Both the position numbers and the translations under genes were made by a program. The notes below the pieces were generated by a model. The model searched no databases, had not been told where the DNA came from, and saw nothing but the letters and a program-made list of their open reading frames with translations. Source: Asterionella formosa (Eukaryota). From it: 38,548 bases of DNA. Location of the stretch: positions 62,001 through 100,548 of the forward strand of contig NKIB01009348.1 of NCBI GenBank assembly GCA_002256025.1, given 5' to 3'. Positions 10,886-21,504 of the stretch are shown piece by piece (position 1 is the first letter of the stretch; every line of letters starts with the position of its first letter).

Positions 10886-12038
10886 AATTGAAATCATCAT
10901 TAGCTTTAAAACGCATCCATGCCCATCTCCCCACTTCCTGGTCTGATCCTTGTTCCAGCAATCTAGAAAATAGACGAGATGTGCACATCATGCTTATGCC
11001 TCCATGTTGCAAAATCGCCTCATACCCTTGGTTGCAAGATGCATGAGAGAACCTCATGTCTGTATTTACCTAAGTTTTGATAGCAAAACGTGTTATTCTG
11101 CGTTCAATGGGTCATGACAGTTTTTTACTGGTACCTTAATGATGGCTCCACATTGGGTACTTTTCGGCTCAGTTTACAGATAAGCCAAATACTCTCTGGT
11201 CCTCGTCAATGAAGATGGATGAGCGATTGCCAGTAAAAAATATACCGGGCAGATACCTGGTACCAAGAATGGTGTGCTGTTTCTACGTGACCGTGTTATA
11301 GAGTACCGGTTCCCCTCATCACCTATTTTTAGATACTGGTACCGATGTCACCTTGTTTGTACGACAACGTGTTTAAGGAGTATCAGGTTGCACGTAGTAC
11401 CAGGTGCCGGTAAGTCCTGGACTCCCTATACCGGCATGTAGTCCTCCCAGATGCTGCAGCTAGGTGTTTATGAGGGCAATGTTCTTGTATCATTCTGGCC
11501 ACCACATTACCGGTACCAGGTACCAGGTACCAGGTAATAGGTACTTGGTAGCTGGTAGTATCGTACTAGGTGCGGAGAATACCGTAGGTGTAGCTAGCTC
11601 CCGAAAGAAGTCCTACCTGTAACAGCAACAGCAAGTATGTAGTAGCTAATGTGTGTATGTAGAAATGTTACTATTAATGAATAAGGCACGTTCTTTGGAC
11701 TGGCCATCAATGATGCCGTTAATTTAATGTCCCGCCCAAAGCAACCATCTTCACTCGCCAAAATCAGACATTCACGAGTTCTGTGTACATTGCCTACCAG
11801 GCGTATCTTGTACCAAATAGAAGTATCCCCACTTTCAGCATTTGCTTGCATCTTGGCTGAATAATACCGAACACTTTTAACGCCATTCTCAAACAACTAC
11901 TGGTAGACTAAGTCCACCACTTCCGCATTTCAAGTCCCGAACTCAACTTTCCCCTTCTTGGGGCCTGTTCTTCTTTCGCTCTCCTTGTTTTCTGTGGTTG
12001 CGTATCGCATCGTCTTACATCATTGTATCATCGACAAG

Positions 12039-13319
12039 ATGAGTATGTTTTCATCGTTCTGGGGATCTGCTCCAGACGACGAGAAGAAACCGGAGATGAT
12101 GCGAGGCGACGAGCCAGCAGCAACAACAGCGTCCGATGGCACCGAGAGGGATCGTATCACAGACCTAAAGGAACAGCTGACAGAGGAACCCAGTAAGTCG
12201 TCAGAAGAATCATTTGTGGAGATACAAGACAACACGCCCCACACATCCGAAGAATCGTACGTCAAGATTGCAAACGACAAGGCCGAGTCGTTCGATCCAT
12301 TACTGTTGGAACGTGCAGATTCGGACTTGCCAATGCTTCATGTTGCTGCAGACGATACAGAGGCCGCAGTTGAGGCCAGCAAAGTATACGATAAGTTAGG
12401 GTTTGACAATACATTGACAGAACCGTCATTTGAAAATACAGTCGAAAACCTTTCTTGTGGCGAAGAGACTGCTGCAGCTGTCCTGGAGGAACTGGAACAT
12501 CAAGAAAGGATGGAGAATCTGCAATTTAAAATGAAGAATGCACAACACGGGCAAGCCTCGCAGGTGAAATCTCAAACAAGCGATTTTGCGGGAGACGAGG
12601 AAGAAATCGATCTTTGCCTTGTGGAGCAATATGACAATGCATTCAACGAATTCATTTACAGAAATCCTAGATTTCTGGTTAGTAACCCTGATCTGGTGCA
12701 CAGCCTCCGTATTACGAAACTCCAAAAGCTGCTTGACCAGCAAGACAAAATAGAAAATGAACTTCGCAACCAATTGGAGTCTATTAGAAGTGCCAAACTT
12801 CAAATGGAAACGCACTATCATGCCCAGCTCAAGGATGCTGCTCGCCGAAAGGCTGCCCGTGACATTCATTGGCAGGCACATTTGGCAGAAATTCAGCATT
12901 CGACAAAAACCATGGAAGCACAGCTTACGTGGGATTTGGTTGTGGCCAGTGAGCATCGAGCCAAGACTGAAGCTGCAACCAAGGAAGGATTATCTGGATA
13001 TGGGTATGGTCGACACGCTTTGGCCACGCTAGTACCAGAGGGACCCGACTTTGACGGGATTAGAGATGCGATTATGGCGCCTCCCAATCTGAGCAATCAA
13101 GAGCCTTTAAGTGAGGAGCAAGAGAATGATGTGCGCCAGTTTCAGATGGATAATGCCTTTTTGAACGCTGAAGTGACAGTTCTCCAAAAGAAGCAGGGCT
13201 ATCAAGAGATTGCAATGAAGAAGCATGCATGGGTAGAAAGTGTCTTGGTGCGTATTGACGATAAAACTATGAAAAAGTTGAAGTCGAAGTATCAGAAAAA
13301 GACCGGTGTGCAGGTGTAA
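12039..13319 (+). CDS. Hypothetical coiled-coil protein with acidic disordered N-terminus
   Basis: Long ORF, first ATG at 12039 (MSMFSSFWG); coiled-coil C-terminal half similar to 1179..1958. Confidence 0.82.
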   Translation: MSMFSSFWGSAPDDEKKPEMMRGDEPAATTASDGTERDRITDLKEQLTEEPSKSSEESFVEIQDNTPHTSEESYVKIANDKAESFDPLLLERADSDLPMLHVAADDTEAAVEASKVYDKLGFDNTLTEPSFENTVENLSCGEETAAAVLEELEHQERMENLQFKMKNAQHGQASQVKSQTSDFAGDEEEIDLCLVEQYDNAFNEFIYRNPRFLVSNPDLVHSLRITKLQKLLDQQDKIENELRNQLESIRSAKLQMETHYHAQLKDAARRKAARDIHWQAHLAEIQHSTKTMEAQLTWDLVVASEHRAKTEAATKEGLSGYGYGRHALATLVPEGPDFDGIRDAIMAPPNLSNQEPLSEEQENDVRQFQMDNAFLNAEVTVLQKKQGYQEIAMKKHAWVESVLVRIDDKTMKKLKSKYQKKTGVQV

Positions 13320-13789
13320 GTGAGTTGACAACCGGAAGAAGGCGAGGACTATGAGGATTTCGCTGGTACAAGTTATGTGAATTAAACGAAGTGAGGCTAT
13401 CAAGAGATTGCAATGAAGAAGCAAGCATCCTTTGATGAAATGTGTATGGTGTGGACTTTGAAAACGAAGAAGCTTATAGGTCATTGTGATTGATTACAAG
13501 AATAACATTTTTTTGGTGGTGTAAAGGATAACAGATTTTTCGTACTTAAGACGACGAAAAGCAGGATGGATATTTGGGACAATAGGAGTTAACTATTAAG
13601 GAATATTTTTGAATCAGAATTGTCACGTACCTGTCGAGAACCTCACTGTAGCTACAATGTACCAGAACAAAATAAAGCAACTCAATTTGAATCATTAACA
13701 CAACATTTATTATCGAAATAATGGCTGAATATACTTAATTAAGTAAATTGAATGCACGCCATTTTTCAATCTCTCGTCGACAGGGTCAT

Positions 13790-14869
13790 TTATCCTCCAT
13801 TCGCAGGCCGCATACACTTACACTCGTAATCATCAAAAAATTGCTGATAATAGCCACAAACATCTCGTAAATCATCCGTTGGAACAATGGCACCGGAGTA
13901 TAGGTACTGTAGTGCAAAAAAGAAGGAACCCACTGTCACAGCCATGCCAGCAACGAACCAAAGGATTCGGTAGAGCATCGTTTTGATGGAACAAGAAAAG
14001 ACGGGGAGACCAACCAAAATTCCAGCTACGAGTCCTCCAAGGTGGGCAGCCCAATCGACTAACAATTTCCATTATTAATAAGGATATAATAATGGTGAGG
14101 ATAACTTTTTGTAGGCACAAAGAACAATTATCACACTAACGGCACTCCGAAGCAACTTACCATATGGTATGAAAGAAAACGCCATGACCAAAATCACACT
14201 ACACAAAACCCCACCCAATTGCTCCTTCCTCACTTCATGACCAATCCTTCCCTGTATAGTCTTTTTACTTTCACAACAACGACAGAGGACTTCAGCGAGT
14301 TTGCCTCCAAAGAGGCCCATGACAGCACCCGAACTGCCCACAGAGACAGAATCGGGCTTGAATATACAAGACAAAATAGACGATCCAACTGCCGATGTAA
14401 TGTAAATGACAAGCCAATTTATGCTGCCCCATTCTCGTTCAAAGAAAGCTCCAGTCTCGAGCTGAACAGCAACATTGCAAAACAAATGAATAATCCCAGC
14501 ATGTAGAAAGATGGGCGTCAAGAGACGCCACCATTCATTGTCATCCAAGATAAGCACGGCATTTTTCCCTCCCCATTCAGAAAGTGCATCTGGGTAGGGT
14601 CCCACCATTGGATTGATCTTGAGAGGTGCAACCCCGCATTTGGCCATCATGGTTACTAGAATGACAAATTGTGATACTGAAAAGAGAATGGCACACCAGC
14701 CATGGCCTTGCCGAACGACGTATGGTGCGTCATCTGGGATGTCATCAACAGGTTCTGTTTCGAAAAAGCTTTTTGAGCTACTGGAAAGTTGCTTTTTCAT
14801 CGTTGGATTGCTCCTGTGAGTGTTGTCGGCATCACTCATTTGCTCATATTGGGTTGTTGGAGCGCTCAT
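13790..14869 (-). CDS. Rhomboid intramembrane serine protease (peptidase S54), 2 exons: 14869-14161 and 14058-13790 (325 aa)
   Basis: EWWRLLTPIFLHAGIIHLFCN, SVGSSGAVMG (GxSG) and DWAAHLGG (catalytic His). A GTAAGT...TTAG intron at 14160-14059 joins FIPY-VDW in frame. Confidence 0.93.
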
Positions 14870-15049
14870 TTTGGATTGGTGGACTCAACTAGGTCTACTC
14901 AACCAAATTCAGAGCTTTTCGATTCAGAAATAACTGCAATTGTGAGATATCGATTACACTGAGGCAGTTGGACGAGATAAAGCAGGAGGAACAAAGAGAC
15001 TATGGACTCAAACAATTGGTGCGATGTTTCTTTTTGATTGTGCAGATCT

Positions 15050-15972
15050 ACCGGTATGTACTCCTATGTACTGCACACTACCCCGGTACCTGGTACACCC
15101 AGTACTCCTAGCACAGGTGCCAGGTACCTGGTACCTGGTCCAGGTAACCAGGTAATAAAAATAAAATAAACCTGCAAGGACCAGGGTACCAGGTACCAGG
15201 TACCCTGGTTCCGGTACGGTAGTCTACTTGTAGACGAGTTCTATTTCTTGCTTGTAAGCTTTTCCTTCCGTGCGTTGTGTGAATGACCAAGTCTATGCAG
15301 ATATATTTATACAGGAAGATCCTATTCATGCCGGTATTTTAAAAAAACATTAAATATTCGCTAAAATCTTGCTTACCGGTAGTGGGGCTCATCGGTACAG
15401 TACAAGGTACTATAGTAAGTAGCGGTTATCAACGGAAATCAGCCCGTTTTTAAATTCAAACATACACGGAAAGAGCGTAGGGGCGAGCGGGTGCTTTGGC
15501 TTGGCCGGTGAACTCAGAAAATGTTTTCCAGGATTACCGGTAGAGTTTTCTGCTACCAGGTACCAGCACCAAGTACAAGGTACCTGGAACCTGCTGCTCC
15601 GGTACCCTGGTACCTATGTTTTCTTAGCTACCAGGTACCTCTTACTCGACGATTCAAACAACCACTAACGAACAAGTGTGGAAGAAGCAAGAAAGATGAA
15701 AGATACTGAGCGATAGAATGTTTTCATCAGTTCAGTTCTTCCAGACAAAGTACCTGGTACTGGTTCCACGATTCTATGTAGCTCCACAGGACAATCGTCC
15801 GGTATTGGTTTGAGAAAATGATCTAACTGCCAATCATCAAGACGAACACGGTGAAGCTAGTGATTTTCGGTTGAAGTTATTGTCAAGATCACCTTCACAG
15901 CATTCTCCCGGAGGATTGTCCGGTAGCTGCCTGGTATATGGTACCAGGTACCAGGTACCAGGTACCAGGTAC
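15050..15972. repeat. Dense GGTACC(A/T) motif field upstream of the rhomboid gene, including (GGTACCA)4 at 15940-15972
   Basis: Directly visible at 15083-15220, 15536-15640 and 15940-15972. Confidence 0.85.
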
Positions 15973-16449
15973 TAGAGCGTAGAAGCATTCTACCAAAGGC
16001 TAAATTAATTTATGGAATGAATCATGTGTCGTAAGTACATGGATAAATTTTTCATGAGTTCAAGTGTGTTAGAAAGAGTTTTGATACATGAATCACAATC
16101 AACATACTTACACACAATGTTGTCATTGTTCCATCATTTCATTGCTGCAAGACTTGGTGGCTGCTCACATTAATCATCCTCTTGGTGACTGCTTATTGCG
16201 GTTGGTAGCCCTTGCAGGAAGTCATTGAATAGTTGATGCAGGTCAAACTGCACAAGCTAAGCATGTTAAGTAGTAAAGCATGTTTGATAATATTAAAATA
16301 AATGTTTATTGTTTTATCTTTTTCATATGCTACTACTATATTATTTCCTTTTGTCACAAATATTTTCCTTCCCTCCATCATGCCAACAGAACTTGGCTTT
16401 ACTCAGAAGAAACATGTTTAATGTTTGACAGCTTATCGCTCTGACCTTC

Positions 16450-17530
16450 CCTTCTTCGAACAAAACTCCACTCAATTAGAATTTGATTTTTAATGAATCT
16501 GTCAGCAAACCAAAATTTATTTTCACTTTCCACATGCATTAATGTCCTTTGTTATGATTACATATTCAACAATTCAATACCAGCTATGTTGGTTCACATT
16601 TTAAAAAGTGGATTCAACTCAAATTGTATTACATTTTTCGTTTTCGAGTTGAACTGGCTGTTAGTGGACCAAAACCATATCTCGATTTCAAATTCATGAA
16701 TGAATAAACTTCGTCATGTTGATCAACTTATCCTACAATTCAAAAAGGATAGTATCTTTTATAGCACATTTGTACTCCCCTATTTGTAGGCAAGTCTTTC
16801 ATTGTGCTCAAAACAAAATATTCTCGGAATAAAATATTCGACAAGAAATTGAACTGTTTCATTGAGTTGAACTCTCAGTAGACCCAAACCGAGTCTCACT
16901 TTAATATGAATCATTAGCCTTCATGATACGACCCTTGATTATCAAACACAACAAAGCTTTTTTCAACCTAGTTGACGCAGACCTAATTATTTTGTTTGGT
17001 TCATCTCTCAGTAGACCCAAATCGATTTTTGATTTCCATATGCATCATCACTGGTGCTCATCATATAATGATAGATTATCATGTACAACAAACAGTATGC
17101 ATGCAGTTTTCGAACGAGTTGACACAAACCTGACCGAACTGATTCTTGTCGATTGAACAATGCTCACTGGATCCAAATTGAATTTCTCTTTCCATGAGAG
17201 TTATTATTCTTCGTCATGACAAGAGTTTGTCGAACAAAACTCGACTCAAGTAGAATTGATTGTTTAGATAATATGTCAGCTAAACCCAAATTATTTTTCG
17301 CTTGTTTCTTCCAGGCCATATGAATTCTTCTTCATTGTGACCCAAGATATTCTCCAACAACTCAAAAAAAAAACGCTGGTTCTTGTTCATACAAGTTGTT
17401 CTTCATGATGACCTAATTACCTAGCAAATCAAAAAAGTAAAATTTTAATTTTTGGACTAATTGGTGCCAATTAAATCTTAGCAGGTCCAAACCGAATTTT
17501 GATTTCGATCTGAATTGCCTTCCTTTATTG
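16450..17530. repeat. Old degenerate tandem repeat, ~7 units of 110-210 bp
   Basis: Recurrent AG(T/C)AGACCCAAA..GA.TT...TTT...CTTCGTCATG-like motif at ~16503, 16663, 16877, 17010, 17167, 17280 and 17480; 16458-16530 matches 17232-17303. Confidence 0.6.
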
Positions 17531-18987
17531 TTATGATGTGAGATCATATTCAAGACCACCTCGAAATAGCATGATGTTGGTCCTCATAGATAACTTTTTC
17601 ACCTGATTACCCTATTGTTGTCGCAAAACATTTTGATGCCACAAAATTATTATTCTGTTTTGATTACTACCCTTTGTTCTTTATCCCTTTTGATGTTTTA
17701 TTCCAATTATAATAGTCGTTTTCGATGATACTCCACTATCAATATATGGTAGAAAATCAACAATTTTAATGTCGGCAAAGTATATGATTTTTTGAGTTGC
17801 ACAATCATTGTAAACCGGTAATTTTCTGCCATCAGTGCGCACATATTCATGTACTCAGTACATGCTTCGTGCGTTGCTTCATAGACACCGCCTTCTGTTT
17901 GTTTATCATCAATACCGTGATTTATAGGAGTAAACTATAACTGATTGTATTTATGCACGGAGAACAGGGCGGAGCAACAGCACTCCATGAGACATTGATG
18001 ATCAATCAAAATCAATAAATATAGAAACAGAAGACACTAAAAAATTGAAAATGAATCACTAAATAATTAATTTAACTGAAATGTGCAGTAAGTGTCAAAA
18101 ATGCATTGCCGGCTAAAAAGGGTAAATCTTAGTTGACCCCAATACTGGCGACAGCTACCTTTCGACCTTTTATCTCAAGAATGCGCACAAAAGTCGAAGC
18201 TTCAAGTATTAGCATTTCTCCTCCATACTTGCCAAGGGAAAACTTGTTCGGGAACAGAATCAACGTATCTCTAATATTCCTCCCAAAACGTGTGAATAAA
18301 CCTGTTTAAGGATGACTCTCAGTTAAAAAGGATCCATATGGATTACTCTCAGCTTTTAGGTGGAACCCTAGTACCACCAGGGTGGGTACTCACCTGGTAC
18401 CAGTATTGTTATTGACCCAAGGAAAGTGCTGACAAATACCAGAATGAGTACCTGATGGTACTACCAACTGCAGTATTCATATAGGTATGTATAGGAGGAT
18501 GTTAGGGGTGACAGAAATATGTTATTTTTGATAAAACAAATTATGACGTAATATGACGTTTTCTCATAATTGTCTGTTGGTTCCCATACTATGATGGCGC
18601 CTGTTTTAAACAATAATTTGTTGATAATCCATGAATTCATCAGCATGGCTTTTGCGATGATTTCCTGCATTTAAATTTGACGTTGAGTTTTTGCTCCCAG
18701 CTGTCCAGCGTTATTCTGTGATGTACTATGGTTAGCTTTATACAACAGCAGCAATCAAATGCTTCGTAAAAGTCAAATATTCTCGATGGCCTCCATTTCC
18801 ATTCTTCTGGGTATCAACAATCGACATGCAATTGAGGAAATCTTATTTTTTCTTTCATTGATCTGAGAGACGAATGGCATGATATTTTGTGATATGAAGC
18901 AATTATTTTTGATGTATACTTTCATAATTGAAAATCACTTCTAACGTGCTTTCTAAGACGCACCACGGAGTTACACATGGAATTCTT

Positions 18988-19303
18988 AGCACCGCCTGCT
19001 GCCAACGAGTCCACCATGTGCTTCCCTAGTTTTTGTAGCGTAGGTGATGAGTCCCCAAACATCTTTCGCGAAAAATGATAGTCTTAGCCACAGCGTTAGG
19101 CGAAACTCCGACCGCCTAGGAAGACAGCACACTGCTTGTAGGGGGCAACCCACTTTTCCTTGCAAACCAGGCAAGACCGCAAGAAAGGATGGTGAGGAGT
19201 GTGGGAGTCGAAACAAAAAAATTATTCTCAAAGAAATTGCGGGAATCGACCCACACAACTTCAAATTAAAGTTAAGATGCCCAACCAACTGAGCCATTCC
19301 CCG
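18988..19303 (-). mobile_element. tRNA-derived SINE-like element, copy 1
   Basis: Minus-strand head GGGGAATGGCTCAGTTGG (A box) ... GGGTCGATTCCC (B box), then a ~240-bp body shared with 31053..31412. Confidence 0.7.
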
Positions 19304-19871
19304 ACATATACTTTCATAGCCAATATGAGTGCACATCTTGAGAGCTGCAATCAGAGCCAGCAAAACAGACCATGGTCACAAGTCACACAAGCCCTATATA
19401 TGAATTCTGGCTGGTTGTTGGCTGCATCCTGAAGAAAGTGAAACAAGTAAGCTTCCAAACCTCGTGATCATCAACCAGCCTTGCATGCTAAATCTTGCTG
19501 CAAGATCAACAACAAATAAGAGCCCTCCTACAAAAGCATCGAAGCGCAATAGATCTTGCTAGACTGCGTTTCGCCATCAGTGTATGATGGCGAAACAATC
19601 CAACATGGCCCTAGGGAATGCTGGTACGAATTTGGGAGATCTTTACATTGATGTCCAGTGGCTGCGTATTGAATCTTTTAGGGATCTGCTTTGCTTCGGT
19701 TTACTGTTATTGATTGGAAATTATCAGCCTCTGTTTTACAAAAAAATTGCCATGCGTGAATAACAAAGCAACTTAAATCACAACACAACAATGGCCCAGG
19801 AAAAAGCAATGTTAGTCTGCCCTCAACCCAAATTATGATTGGCTACGCAAATAGCACATCACGTAAAAACT

Positions 19872-19901
19872 GCAAAATCGAGATTCGAATCTCGATTTTG
19901 C
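19872..19901. repeat. Perfect 30-bp palindrome
   Basis: GCAAAATCGAGATTC|GAATCTCGATTTTGC. Confidence 0.95.
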
Positions 19902-21504
19902 TGATAAAAAATTTGCCCCTTTTCCGGGTTTGTTTATCTAAAAATGGTCTGATACTTTTTGACCTCATATCCCCGGGTTAGTTCAGAACGTGTTTTTATC
20001 AGAAATATTTCATTTTATCAGCCCTAAGGTACTGAACCTCAATCACTTTTTTAACACGGTTGCATGGACGTCCAAGTACTATAAATTTTAAGACCGATTC
20101 AAGACCATGATATGCAACATACCTATTACCGGGACACGTGGTAGTTGAAACGTTTACACTGTTCTTGCTATGGTGGTAGGCAGAGGGGGTTCTTTGTCCA
20201 ATTTCATGATGTTCAGTGGTCAAGAGTTAGTGAAATACCTCAACATAACCTGGAGCTGCTTTTTTGTCTATATGGCTATCATGCCCTCATTCTGATTAAT
20301 GATGCTACAGTTGCAACCTTCATTCATTCTTTATCCCTGGATCTCAATTTTCTTTGCCATTGAAAATGCTCATGGAAATCTGGGTAGAGATTTCATTTTA
20401 CATTTCTAATACAAATTCAGATAGTGCTTGCTAGCAGGATTTGACATCATTTATTTTATTAAAAAATGTTCATAAATGAATGAAATAAAGAATGCCAGCA
20501 GCATTTGATATTATGAACTAAAATTAATAGAAGATTTTAAGTCCTACAAAGGGATGTCCTGCAAGGTCAGATCCGAAATTGGTCAGCAGGATACTGGACT
20601 TGAAAGATCATGGTTTGCTAGAATCACTTATGGGTGCTATTGGTACCATCACCCGCTCTCAACTAAGCCAATGCTAACTGCTGATGGTAGGATGGAAAGG
20701 GACACATTTGAGAAATTCATGACAAGTACCTGGATTTGGATGATATATAGCTAAATATATCTCATTCATTGAGGAAGTCACAGTCAAGAAAATAGTGGGT
20801 TCATACAAGGAAGCCTTACAGTATCAGCTTTCGAAAAACAAAGTGTAGAGCCCCATCTTTGTGCATGCTGACTGACATTGTGCAAGTGATGGTGCCAAAA
20901 TAGTCAACCCAATCATACCAGATGACCATGATCCACATCACCTCGTCTCTGAGATATAAGACTACTAACAGTATGTACTGCTGTTGATTACAGGAGTTTA
21001 CCACATGATAGTTAATCATGTGCTGGAGGAAGTAATTTAGATGTGTATAGTTGAATATTTTATAGGTCTGTCCAACACGTGATCCACCTTCAGGGTACAA
21101 TGAGTGAAAAGGTTAGAAATCTGTTACTAGAGACATCATAATTCACAATAAAAATGATTGATTTACATACTTTATTCGAGAAACTCTGCCAGCTGATGCG
21201 AGAGTAACCCTCACTCTAAAATCATTGAACCCTATTTCTTTATCCCAAGGAATCCATCCTATAGGTGCACCACCTATGCTACAAAAACCTCTGGAACCTG
21301 ATGGGACCAAATGCTCCTCCCATAAGGCTCAAATCATTATGGTTCCCCTTGAATGCAAAATTTTTACTAAATAAAGTCATTACACCGTTTTCTCCACTGC
21401 TACAGAATAGAAATTTCAATACATCTGGGCAGCTTGTTCTCCCTCAAAATATTTTTTCACATCAAAGAAGCTTGCTTGATCTACATAGCTTCTCTTTTGA
21501 AAGA

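Noticed and set aside
15108..15709. Short ORFs rich in VPGT/YQVP/WYL peptides (also near 6000-6800 and 23180-23770)
   Set aside because: Translations of the GGTACCA motif fields.
19230..19303. Functional tRNA gene
   Set aside because: Stems do not pair into a proper cloverleaf and the head is fused to a dispersed repeat body.
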